Part shown: one piece after another, positions 45,391 to 54,768 of the stretch | How positions within the stretch are numbered: position 1 is the first letter of the stretch | Layout: every line of letters begins with the position of its first letter | DNA from: an uncultured Eubacteriales bacterium | GTDB lineage: Bacteria > Acidobacteriota > Aminicenantia > Aminicenantales > Aminicenantaceae | DNA length: 64,000 bases | Reading direction: 5' to 3' | NCBI GenBank assembly: GCA_964456985.1 | Contig: CAYWDH010000001.1 | Span: forward strand, 17,975 to 81,974 | Translations under genes and position numbers: made by a program | The notes under the pieces: generated by a model | The model's input: the letters and a program-made list of their open reading frames with translations, nothing else | What the model was told of the DNA's origin: nothing | Databases searched by the model: none

Positions 45391-48126
45391 CTATTTTATA
45401 TGACTGGTATGAGGGCCTATTTCCCAGCCTGTCCGTTCTTTGATGAGAGCTCTTCTCTCAAGCACATGGCCTTTAAATTCAAGTTCTATTCTGTATATTC
45501 CCGGATCTTGAAGTTCTCCGCGAGCCCATCTCCCCATCCGTGCTTTCTGTTCTTCTGTAGGCATTGATCTCATATTCCACATGACCATGTTTATGCCTGA
45601 TTCTCCGCTTCCTTTCAGCTCACACAAAACATTCCCGAATGTGTCTTTGATCCTTATTGTCATTCCCTCGGAAGACTTTTCCTTGAGATAATAATAAATC
45701 CTCATCACATCCGGTTCATTAGGTGTTGTGTGATGGCGGTCTCCGTAAAGCTGGTAAGCTCCCCAGGGCCGGGTCATTCTCTGCGCGGTCGGTTCAACCT
45801 GGAAAAGATACACCTCTTTATTCAGCACATTCTTATTGAGTTCTTCAAGAGGGGATATATCCGTTATGAATATCCCTCTTCCGTAAGTTCCAGCTACAAG
45901 ATCATTTTCTCTGGGATGGATGAGCAGATCCGTAACAGCGATGGTGGGCATATTGTTTCTCATATAGACCCATTTTTCTCCTCTGTCTATGCTCACATAG
46001 ATCCCCTTATCATTACCCACAAAAAGAAGATCCGGGTTCTTTTTGTCTTCAAACACCACATTTATGGGCTTATCCGGTAGATTGTTCGAGATATCGGTCC
46101 AGGTCAGGCCGAAATCATCTGTTCGGTATAAAAAACTTCTGAAATCATCTCTTCTGAATCCTGTTTTTGACACATAGGCTCTTCCCTCTTTATGATGAGA
46201 TGCAAACACACGGCTGATCCAGTAATTCTCCGGAGCGCCGATACTTACAAGGTTCTGGGTCAGATCCTTCCAGTCAGCGCCGCTGTTTTGGGTCACCCAT
46301 ACCTTCCCGTCATCTGTACCCACCCAAATCAATCCGGGCTTCATCGGTGATTCGGATATGGTGGTGATGGTGCAGTACTGAATATGTCCCTTCCCGGCAA
46401 TTTTAACAGCATCATTTGTGGTCAGGTCAGGACTGATCTCCTGCCAGTTCTCGCCCCGATGCATGGAGCGCAAAAGCATCTGGGTGCCTGCGTAGATCAC
46501 ATCGCTGTTATGGGGGGAAATTTCAAGGGGGGGACACCAGTTAAACCTATAGGGAGCTTTTCCATCTTCTCTTCTTGGCTCGATATCAGCCCTTATCCCC
46601 AGTTTCTGGTCTATTCTCTGGAGCCCTCCGAACTGGATGTCGTTATAGACCCAGCGGCTGTCTTCAGGAGACACCACATTGTACATTCCGTCCCCGAGCC
46701 CCATTGGAATCATATCCTCGAGGCTTACCTCCCCTGACCAGCTGCTGGTCGGGATCTTCCATGAATCATGACACTGCAGTCCTCCGTAAACATTGTAGGG
46801 GTCCTCCATATCCACACATATATCATAATACTGGGCCATGGGAAGATTATCATAGAAATCACAGGTCCTTCCGCCGTCATAGGATACAAATACACCTCCG
46901 TCGCTTCCCATCATCAAACGGTCGGAATTCTGGGGATCTATCCACAATGTCCGCACGTCACCAAACGCCGAAGAAAATGTCTTTCTCGGAGGCCAGTTAA
47001 TATCATGCCAGGTTCTGCCGCCATCATCAGAACTGGCAAGGCATACGCTTGTCACATAGATCTTCTGATCATTATTCGGATCCACCCTTATTTGATTGAA
47101 AGAGTACGCAGCTTTGCCTCCCACATTATCCTTTAGGGAATTCATTTTTTCCCAGGTCTCTCCTCCATCTTCGCTTCTGTAGACTTCTCCCCCTATCTCC
47201 CTTTCCCCGGGTTCAATTCCTCTTTCCCTGTCTCTCCTTGCTTCCTCCTCTGTAGGAGGCCGCATATTTGTGTTCTCCACCACAGCATAGATGATATCAG
47301 GATTGCTTCTGTAAATATCAAGTCCTATCCTTCCGATCTTACCCTTCGGAAGTCCTTTGGAAAGCTTTTTCCAGGCTTTTCCCGCATCTTCTGTCTTGTA
47401 TATTCCGCTTTCCTCACCTCCGGCTTCAAAATGCCAGGGAAATCTTTCCTTTTCGTAAGCCGCCGCATACAGAACATCCGGGTTTTCTCTGTTTATTGCC
47501 AGGTCGATTACGCCTACTTTTTCATTTATATAAAGGACTTTTTCCCAAGTCTCTCCTCCGTCTTCGGTTTTATAAACACCCCTTTCCTTATTCGGAGAAA
47601 ACAGATGGCCCATTGCGGCAATGTAGACAATGCCAGGATTCTTAGGATGAATCACCACCCTTCCTATATGATGCGTCTCTTTGAGCCCCATGTGCTTCCA
47701 GGTTTCTCCTCCATCTATTGACTTATAAACGCCGTCTCCCCAATAGGAGCTTCTTGCGGTAGCGTGTTCTCCGGTTCCCACCCACACTATTTGAGGCTCA
47801 GATGGAGCCAGGGCAATATCGCCTATGGAAAAGATATCCTGGTCATCAAAGATGGGTTTAAAAGTGGTGCCGTTATTGGTCGTTTTCCAGAGCCCCCCAT
47901 TTCTTCCTGCAACATAAAAAGTGTAGAGATGTTCCTTCTCAGGTGACGCGGGAACCGCAAAATCAGTGATCCAGGCTCCGCTTCGAAAGGGCCCTATATT
48001 CCGGTACTGGAAACACTTGAGAAGCTCTTGATTGAAAGGGTCCGGGTCCGTTTCCCTGGCATGAAGCACTGAAATCAAACCAAATAAAAAGACCATAAAA
48101 AAACAAAATATTTTTTTTTCAGACAA
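45391..48126 (-). CDS. Secreted BNR/Asp-box repeat protein (sortilin/Vps10-like double beta-propeller)
   Basis: Signal peptide. Multiple S-x-D-G-G-x-T-W Asp-boxes (SIDGGETW, TEDGGETW, SEDGGETW, SDDGGRTW). Length 911 aa. Confidence 0.75.
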   Translation of the reverse strand: MSEKKIFCFFMVFLFGLISVLHARETDPDPFNQELLKCFQYRNIGPFRSGAWITDFAVPASPEKEHLYTFYVAGRNGGLWKTTNNGTTFKPIFDDQDIFSIGDIALAPSEPQIVWVGTGEHATARSSYWGDGVYKSIDGGETWKHMGLKETHHIGRVVIHPKNPGIVYIAAMGHLFSPNKERGVYKTEDGGETWEKVLYINEKVGVIDLAINRENPDVLYAAAYEKERFPWHFEAGGEESGIYKTEDAGKAWKKLSKGLPKGKIGRIGLDIYRSNPDIIYAVVENTNMRPPTEEEARRDRERGIEPGEREIGGEVYRSEDGGETWEKMNSLKDNVGGKAAYSFNQIRVDPNNDQKIYVTSVCLASSDDGGRTWHDINWPPRKTFSSAFGDVRTLWIDPQNSDRLMMGSDGGVFVSYDGGRTCDFYDNLPMAQYYDICVDMEDPYNVYGGLQCHDSWKIPTSSWSGEVSLEDMIPMGLGDGMYNVVSPEDSRWVYNDIQFGGLQRIDQKLGIRADIEPRREDGKAPYRFNWCPPLEISPHNSDVIYAGTQMLLRSMHRGENWQEISPDLTTNDAVKIAGKGHIQYCTITTISESPMKPGLIWVGTDDGKVWVTQNSGADWKDLTQNLVSIGAPENYWISRVFASHHKEGRAYVSKTGFRRDDFRSFLYRTDDFGLTWTDISNNLPDKPINVVFEDKKNPDLLFVGNDKGIYVSIDRGEKWVYMRNNMPTIAVTDLLIHPRENDLVAGTYGRGIFITDISPLEELNKNVLNKEVYLFQVEPTAQRMTRPWGAYQLYGDRHHTTPNEPDVMRIYYYLKEKSSEGMTIRIKDTFGNVLCELKGSGESGINMVMWNMRSMPTEEQKARMGRWARGELQDPGIYRIELEFKGHVLERRALIKERTGWEIGPHTSHIK

Positions 48127-48323
48127 TGTTCCTCCTCATTCATATGAATTCATAATCCATGGTCGTTCTTCATTATTATATAAAATTCCATATCGCTCAA
48201 CTTTTAATATTCATTCTACAGCCCGAACAAGGAGCGGCTGGGGCTTGGTTCCTCTTATTGCGAAAAAAATGGTTTTGTTTTAAACTTTTACAGACAACAC
48301 CTTCTTAAAATGAGGAGCAAACC

Positions 48324-49490
48324 ATGAAAAAAAAGAAAGTGACAGCACCTCTTCCTCTTTTTCTTTTATCATTCCTGTTGATCTTTTCAGCTTGTAAAGG
48401 AAAACCGGAAAACAAGGCCAAAGAAACTTCAGAGAAAGGAAAAACAAAAATGATGATTGAAAAAAAAGACTTCGGCAGTCTTCCGGACGGCCAAAAAATC
48501 GATCTGTATATCCTCAAAGATCCGGGGGGAATGAAAGCCGCTATCACAAACTACGGAGCTATTCTTGTTTCTCTTGAAGTCCCGGACCAGAACAATGAGT
48601 TTGCTGATATCACTCTGGGTTACGATGACCTAAAAGGATACCTGGAAGAAACGCCTTACTTCGGAGCCACAGTGGGTCGCTATGCCAACCGAATAAAAGG
48701 CGCTGTATTTACTCTTAACGGAAAGACATACCATTTGGCAAAAAACGACAACAACAATCACCTTCATGGAGGCACCAAAGGATTTGATAAAAGAGTCTGG
48801 AATGCAGAGCCCTTTGAAAATGAGGATTCAGCCGGCATTATATTCCGTTATCTAAGTCCTGACGGAGAGGAAGGATACCCCGGAAATCTCTCCTGCACCG
48901 TGACCTATACACTGACGAACAACAATGAACTCAGAATAGACTATGAAGCTGAGACAGACCAAGCCACTCCCGTCAATCTGACTCATCACAGTTATTTTAA
49001 TCTCAAAGGTCAGGGAAACGGCGATATCCTTGGCCATGAACTCTATATAAACGCTGATAAATACACTCCTGTTGACGAAGAACTCATACCTACGGGTGAG
49101 ATCCTTTCCGTCAAGAGCACGCCTTTTGATTTCACGAAACCCACGGCTATTGGAGAGCGCATCGAACAGGTCCCCGGTGGATATGACCACAATTTTGTTC
49201 TTAACGGCGAGCAAGGAACTCTGAGACTAGCTGCCCGAGTCCTTGAACCGGAAAGCGGACAGGTCATGGAAATCCTTACTACAGAACCCGGGATCCAGTT
49301 CTATTCAGGTAATTTCCTTGACGGATCTATCAAGGGAAAATCAGGAAAAATCTATGAAAAGCACTATGGATTCTGCCTTGAACCCCAGCATTTTCCGGAT
49401 TCTCCCAATCATCCGGAATTCCCTTCGACCGTTCTTGAACCAGGAGATAAATACTCCACGACCACAGTCTTCCGGTTCTCCAAAAAGTAG
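48324..49490 (+). CDS. Aldose 1-epimerase (galactose mutarotase family) lipoprotein
   Basis: Lipobox IFSAC. Mutarotase blocks YFGATVGRYANRI and NNHLHGG. Confidence 0.9.
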   Translation: MKKKKVTAPLPLFLLSFLLIFSACKGKPENKAKETSEKGKTKMMIEKKDFGSLPDGQKIDLYILKDPGGMKAAITNYGAILVSLEVPDQNNEFADITLGYDDLKGYLEETPYFGATVGRYANRIKGAVFTLNGKTYHLAKNDNNNHLHGGTKGFDKRVWNAEPFENEDSAGIIFRYLSPDGEEGYPGNLSCTVTYTLTNNNELRIDYEAETDQATPVNLTHHSYFNLKGQGNGDILGHELYINADKYTPVDEELIPTGEILSVKSTPFDFTKPTAIGERIEQVPGGYDHNFVLNGEQGTLRLAARVLEPESGQVMEILTTEPGIQFYSGNFLDGSIKGKSGKIYEKHYGFCLEPQHFPDSPNHPEFPSTVLEPGDKYSTTTVFRFSKK

Positions 49491-49527
49491 ATAACCTCTT
49501 TAATCCTTTAGAAATCAAACGTAAAGA

Positions 49528-50556
49528 TTATCTGAGGAGGAATCCTTTTTTCAGAGGATCATCAGGATCAAAACAGAACCTGCTTGTCCCTGTGATAGAG
49601 GCGCTTCCTGTTACCTTAGGAATGACCGCCTTGTAAGGGCCGAACCTTGTCACTTCCTCCACACTCACCTTAAACTCGGTACCGATGAGACTCTCTATAA
49701 CCAGAGTCTCTCGTTTTTTGATCTCCCCTCTTGAATAATGAAGCGCAGCTCTGGCACTCACTCCGGTACCCGTTGGAGACCGGTCCACTTCTCCGTCCGC
49801 AAACACACACACATTCCGGCTGTGGTTGCAGGACTTCTCAGGGGGGCCTGTGATAATGGTCCCATAGAGAAAGCCGAGCTCTTTCTCCAAAGGATGTGTG
49901 ATATATACGGAATCTTGAACCGCTTTTTTTATGGACCGGCCCAAATGAATCAAGCGGGCACAGTTTTCAGGTTTTAAAGGCACATCCAATTCCTCAGCCA
50001 TGCAAAAAGCATAAAAAGCCCCTCCAAAAGCAATGTCATAATGAACCCAGCCGATCTCCGGGACCTTGATCTTCTGGTCCTTTAAATAAACAAAACAGGG
50101 GACATTTAAAAAGGAAACCTGTGTCACTCTTCCCTTTTCTCTATAAGCCACGGCTTTCACCAAGCCAGCGGGCGTATCCATTTTGATTTCGGGATTTTTT
50201 CCTTCTTTTTTGACCATGCCCGTATCCAGAGTCATTTTAGCCAGAGCAATGACAGCATGGCCGCACATGGTCGAATATCCTTCATTGTGAAGAAAAAACA
50301 CACCGAAATCACCTTCTTCACTCACAGGTTCCGTAAGAACAGCCCCGTACATATCAGCATGTCCGCGCGGTTCCCACATCAATCCTGTCCGTATGAAATC
50401 AAAGTTTTCACGAAAAAACCGGCGTTTTCTGAGAATAGTATCACCAGGAATATGAGGCAGTCCCTTTGTGATGAGTCTTAACGGTTCTCCTGCTGTATGG
50501 GCATCCAGAGTCTCAATGACCTTCCATCCCTCAGGAGGTCTCCATTCAGTATTCAT
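49528..50556 (-). CDS. Proline-racemase-family enzyme, Cys/Thr type, i.e. predicted trans-3-hydroxy-L-proline dehydratase
   Basis: The first catalytic position is Cys in STMCGHA. The second is Thr in DRSPTGTGVSA, where proline racemase and 4-Hyp epimerase have DRSPCGTG. The family fold matches over the whole length. Confidence 0.75.
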   Translation of the reverse strand: MNTEWRPPEGWKVIETLDAHTAGEPLRLITKGLPHIPGDTILRKRRFFRENFDFIRTGLMWEPRGHADMYGAVLTEPVSEEGDFGVFFLHNEGYSTMCGHAVIALAKMTLDTGMVKKEGKNPEIKMDTPAGLVKAVAYREKGRVTQVSFLNVPCFVYLKDQKIKVPEIGWVHYDIAFGGAFYAFCMAEELDVPLKPENCARLIHLGRSIKKAVQDSVYITHPLEKELGFLYGTIITGPPEKSCNHSRNVCVFADGEVDRSPTGTGVSARAALHYSRGEIKKRETLVIESLIGTEFKVSVEEVTRFGPYKAVIPKVTGSASITGTSRFCFDPDDPLKKGFLLR

Positions 50557-50571
50557 TTATTCCTGTCCCTA

Positions 50572-51540
50572 TTAAAAAACGACTTCCCTGCCTATTCCCT
50601 TTTCCACAGCTCTCTTGTAAATAAATCCGGATACCATAAGGTCAAAAAGAGCCATGCCCACTGACTTAAATATTGTGGTTTCCTTCTCCCCGCAAGTTAC
50701 GGGAATTTTCCCAGATATTATTTTGCCCAATGTGACAATCTGATCTTTCCGGATCCAGCCCTTTTCCAGGGGCACCTTAACATCTCCGGATTCAACAAGC
50801 GCATACTCCGTATCCACAGCCATTGTTCTGACGTGGGTATAGAGGGCTCTGGGAAACTCCCGCATATCCGGTTTATAAGAACCTATACCCACAACATGCT
50901 TTCCTAAAAAAAGCCCCGGATCATCGGGAAGCACAGGCTCCAAAGATGTGGTCGCTGTGATCACGACATCTGACTCGGTTAATAATTCTTCAGAGCTTTT
51001 CGCTTCCTGAACAGCGATATCTTTGAGGACCTCTGATAATTTCTCACATAACTGATACGCTTTTTCTGCAAACCGGTCATACACATAAACCGTTTTAAAC
51101 TGTCTCTGAGTACATGCGGTAACTGCCTGGTGAAATCCCTGGACTCCGGCTCCCACAATCCCCAGAGTTTTTACCTTTTTTAAAGTCATGTGGCGGATTC
51201 CCACACCTCCGACAGCTCCGGTTCTCAAAGCGGTTAGAGCAGAGCCGTTAAGTACGGCCAGCGGCTCTCCTGTTCTTCCATCATTAAGCACCATCACTCC
51301 GAAAAGTGCAGGCAAATTCTTTTTCTCATTTTCAGGAAATAAAGACACCAGCTTTGTGCCCATACTTTTTTTTGTGAAACAAGGCATCAGCAAAAGGCTG
51401 TTCCCGCCGTAGTCCACACACATCCTGTCAGGCATATGGAAGTTTTTCTCTTCGTACACCAGCACAGCTTTTTCTACACAATCCACTACCTCTTCCCGAG
51501 AAGCAACACTTAATATATCATTACGGTTAAGGATCAGCAT
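50572..51540 (-). CDS. Ornithine cyclodeaminase / mu-crystallin family reductase (predicted delta1-pyrroline-2-carboxylate reductase)
   Basis: NAD Rossmann GIVGAGVQG within an OCD-family body. I place the start at the ATG at 51540 (MLILNRNDI). The track start at 51591 runs over the poly-Lys tail of the upstream gene. Confidence 0.7.
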   Translation of the reverse strand: MLILNRNDILSVASREEVVDCVEKAVLVYEEKNFHMPDRMCVDYGGNSLLLMPCFTKKSMGTKLVSLFPENEKKNLPALFGVMVLNDGRTGEPLAVLNGSALTALRTGAVGGVGIRHMTLKKVKTLGIVGAGVQGFHQAVTACTQRQFKTVYVYDRFAEKAYQLCEKLSEVLKDIAVQEAKSSEELLTESDVVITATTSLEPVLPDDPGLFLGKHVVGIGSYKPDMREFPRALYTHVRTMAVDTEYALVESGDVKVPLEKGWIRKDQIVTLGKIISGKIPVTCGEKETTIFKSVGMALFDLMVSGFIYKRAVEKGIGREVVF

Positions 51541-51541
51541 G

Positions 51542-53065
51542 TCACATGTTCTTCGTTTTTTTCTTTTTCTTTTTTGTAAAGAGTCTATCAATCACCTCTT
51601 TTGAAGGAGGTTTTGTGAAAAAAGATATCCCTATCAAAGTGATCAGCACCACAGCCAAACCAGGATAAATGATCGGAATCCCGAATGGGTCGCCGTTCGG
51701 ATCTCCCACCGGAACCATTATGGAAGGCCATATGTCTCCGGCAAATTTCAAGAACAATACCACTACAGTTCCGCTTATAATAGAGACCAGACCCGCGGTC
51801 TTTGTGACTCTTTTCGAAACCAGCGCACCGAGAAGGGCGGGAGTAATGGCTACCCCGTATATTGTATAGGCAAAATACGCACTTTCCAGAACTGACTGCA
51901 TCCTCCACGCTATCAAAAAGGCAACGATACCGACAATAATGATCAGGATTTTCTGCAGAATCACAAGGTGCCTCCCGTCTTTTTTCTTATCATTAGTAGC
52001 ATCCTCTTTTTTAATGAACCTGGTATAAATATCGTGGATCATAGTGGTCGTCGGTGATAACAGGTAGTTCATCCCCGTTGAAATCACAACCGCTGTGGCC
52101 GCTCCCAGGAGAAGAACACCTACAGGAAGAGGAATCATCTGCTTGGCGGCCTGAATGATGACGGCAGCATGATCCATAGCTCCTGACTGAAGGTCAGTCC
52201 AAAAATAGGAAGACGCAAAAATAGCCATTATCACAACCACAGATTCTATGAACATGGTCCCTATGACCCACATTCCGGTGGCTTTCCGGGCTTCCTGAGG
52301 ATTTTTTGCACTGTAAAATTTCTGGTACATGCTCTGAACTCCGAGTAAGAGAAGCATACCGGAGAGCCCGATAGCCGGGATTTTCAAATAGGGGATCCCG
52401 CCGAACTCTTCACTGAATACTTGAAAATGAGTTGCAGGAAGGACTGCTTTTATCTTATGCCAGCCTCCTGCGGCAATCAATACAAGGGGAGTAGAAAGAA
52501 TAGTAGAAAGCAGTATCACAATTCCATTAGGAAGATCTGTATTCGCGACAGCAATCATTCCTCCAATGGCCGTAAACAAGATCACAAACACCGCTGCCAT
52601 GAACATTCCATGATCCACGGCAATCGCACCGTCAGATATGGCATTGAGTATGTATCCGCCGGCTTTGAACTGATAACTCACAATAACGGTGAAGCTGATG
52701 ATAATAGCTAGGGCACCGAAAATTCTGGCCACCGGACCATATCTTAATTCAAGTATATCACCCACCGTGTACTGACCAAATGTACGGATTTTAGCAGCCA
52801 GAAAATAGATGATAATGATTCCGATCCAGGCACCTGCAGGCTGCCATAAAGCACTCCAGCCTGCTTTGGCGGCAAACTCTGCACCGGCAATAAATGTGCC
52901 TGAACCTATCCAAGTACAGATCAGAGTAAAAACCATCTTGGTCATGGGGATGGACCTTCCCGCAACCATCATATCGTCCTTGTCTTTAACTTTTCTTGAC
53001 TTCCAAAAATTCATAACCGTCAAGGCTACTAAATAAATCAAAATGACAGTAATGTAGAAGTTCAT
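51542..53065 (-). CDS. Sodium:solute symporter family transporter (PutP-like), possibly hydroxyproline/proline uptake
   Basis: 507 aa. SSF N-terminal pattern MMVAGRSIPM...GSGTFIAGAEF. Co-oriented with the hydroxyproline genes. Confidence 0.8.
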   Translation of the reverse strand: MNFYITVILIYLVALTVMNFWKSRKVKDKDDMMVAGRSIPMTKMVFTLICTWIGSGTFIAGAEFAAKAGWSALWQPAGAWIGIIIIYFLAAKIRTFGQYTVGDILELRYGPVARIFGALAIIISFTVIVSYQFKAGGYILNAISDGAIAVDHGMFMAAVFVILFTAIGGMIAVANTDLPNGIVILLSTILSTPLVLIAAGGWHKIKAVLPATHFQVFSEEFGGIPYLKIPAIGLSGMLLLLGVQSMYQKFYSAKNPQEARKATGMWVIGTMFIESVVVIMAIFASSYFWTDLQSGAMDHAAVIIQAAKQMIPLPVGVLLLGAATAVVISTGMNYLLSPTTTMIHDIYTRFIKKEDATNDKKKDGRHLVILQKILIIIVGIVAFLIAWRMQSVLESAYFAYTIYGVAITPALLGALVSKRVTKTAGLVSIISGTVVVLFLKFAGDIWPSIMVPVGDPNGDPFGIPIIYPGLAVVLITLIGISFFTKPPSKEVIDRLFTKKKKKKTKNM

Positions 53066-53258
53066 GCTCTGCTCCTTTTCAGATTTGTATCATTGTTTTG
53101 TATAAAAACTCTCTTTATTCTTGTTGATTTTATTTTTTAATACCGTCCATGTCAATGAACATAAAAAATACATTAAACAATTTACTTTATTGGTTGATTC
53201 CACTAAAATAGATTTTCGGTAATACCAACAAGAATAAGTTTCACCAGAGGAGAAAAGA

Positions 53259-53534
53259 ATGAAAACCAAGTATTTCATCGAAGGCCATAAGGCCAAAACA
53301 GACTATTCTTATGAAGACACTCTCATTCTGGATGACGAAAATTCCTATGCCTCTGAAGAGGATGCTATTAATAAAGCCAAGGAATACTTTGAAAAAGACG
53401 AAAACCTTCAACTCATCGTCATATATAAAGGCCTCAAGATGAGCCCCAAACACGGGACCAAATTCTTGTTCAAAGATAAAGAGGGAAATCTGGAAATTGT
53501 GGATTCCTGGTGGAAACAAGACTCCTGCTGTTAA
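53259..53534 (+). CDS. Hypothetical small acidic protein (91 aa)
   Basis: GAGGAG ribosome-binding site 8 nt upstream. No known motif. Confidence 0.4.
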   Translation: MKTKYFIEGHKAKTDYSYEDTLILDDENSYASEEDAINKAKEYFEKDENLQLIVIYKGLKMSPKHGTKFLFKDKEGNLEIVDSWWKQDSCC

Positions 53535-53691
53535 AATCCTCTGCCGAATAATCCCCAAAACATATCACCCAATTCCCAGTATTTATGAATGGCCGCACGG
53601 GCAAAATCATTGATGTGTGAGGCCCTGCCCCAAAAATTTAAAAATACCAGACTTCTTTGGAATCAGCACCTGTAGTCTTTTTCATCCAATC

Positions 53692-54585
53692 TTATCTGGA
53701 TCTGCCCATAAAGGAGGTATGGGATAAGGAATAGATAAGAAGGGCTGTCCATATAAGCGCGAAACTTATGATATGGTTTAAGGCGAACGCCTCCTTAAAA
53801 ACAAAAACTCCCAGTAAAAGTTGAAAGGTCGGAGATAAATACTGAAGAAATCCAACGGTCTTTAGCTCAATCTTTTTCACCCCGTAATTGAAACAGATAA
53901 GAGGGAGGGATGTCACTATTCCTGTGCATAGAAGAAGAACAAAAATGGGAAATGAAACTTTTCCAATAACACCCATATTTCTGATATTTATAAGGATGAT
54001 AAAACCAGATGCCAAAGGAAAAAGAAGGATCATTTCAGCCGTTAGCCCGGCAATGGAATCAGCATTGACTTTTTTCTTGAAAAACCCATAAAATCCAAAA
54101 GTCAGCGCAAGAGAAAGAGATATCCAGGGTATACCTCCGATGTCCACTGTCCTGTATAAGACACCGATAAAAGCAAGAAATACGGATATCTTCTGCCAGA
54201 AATTGAGTTTTTCCTTAAGAAATAAAACTCCGAGTAAAACACTCACCAGGGGATTGATGAAATAACCGAGACTGGCCTCCACAACATGAGCTGAGTTAAC
54301 AGCCCATATATACATAAACCAGTTCATACCCAAAATCAGGGCCGTGAGCGATAAAGTGGCCCTGGTCTTTTTTGAGGAAAAGATTTTCCTGATTTCAGGC
54401 CAACGTCTTTGAAAAAAAACCAACATAAAAAGAAAAACAAAAGACCATATAATCCTGTAGGCCAGTATCTTTTGTGCCGGAATCTCATCCAGAAGCTTCC
54501 AAAAAAGAGGCAGAAGACCCCATGATACATAGGCCGTTACTACAGCCCATGTGCCCACAGCTTTGTCACTGAATCCGGTTCTCAT
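53692..54585 (-). CDS. rarD: EamA/RarD-family (DMT superfamily) transporter
   Basis: 297 aa with 10 TM helices and two EamA repeats. N-terminus WAVVTAYVSWGLLPLFWKLL is RarD-like. Confidence 0.8.
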   Translation of the reverse strand: MRTGFSDKAVGTWAVVTAYVSWGLLPLFWKLLDEIPAQKILAYRIIWSFVFLFMLVFFQRRWPEIRKIFSSKKTRATLSLTALILGMNWFMYIWAVNSAHVVEASLGYFINPLVSVLLGVLFLKEKLNFWQKISVFLAFIGVLYRTVDIGGIPWISLSLALTFGFYGFFKKKVNADSIAGLTAEMILLFPLASGFIILINIRNMGVIGKVSFPIFVLLLCTGIVTSLPLICFNYGVKKIELKTVGFLQYLSPTFQLLLGVFVFKEAFALNHIISFALIWTALLIYSLSHTSFMGRSR

Positions 54586-54768
54586 TTCAAAAAAACAAGA
54601 GTATTCACGAAACTTAAAATACTAAAAGATTGATTGAGGTATCCTATCAAAATACAATTCGATATGCCAGGCTTATTTCTTTAAAAGCACCTCCTCTTAT
54701 TATAGCATTGCCTCCGTCTCTTTATTTCCATATAATTGACCTGAATGAGCTTAACAGCTTAAATTCCA

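Noticed and set aside
51541-51591. Upstream extension of the OCD-family reductase (MIDSLQKRKRKKRR...)
   Set aside because: The extension reads through the poly-A/T tract that encodes the poly-Lys C-terminus of the upstream symporter in another frame. The ATG at 51540 gives a normal OCD N-terminus.
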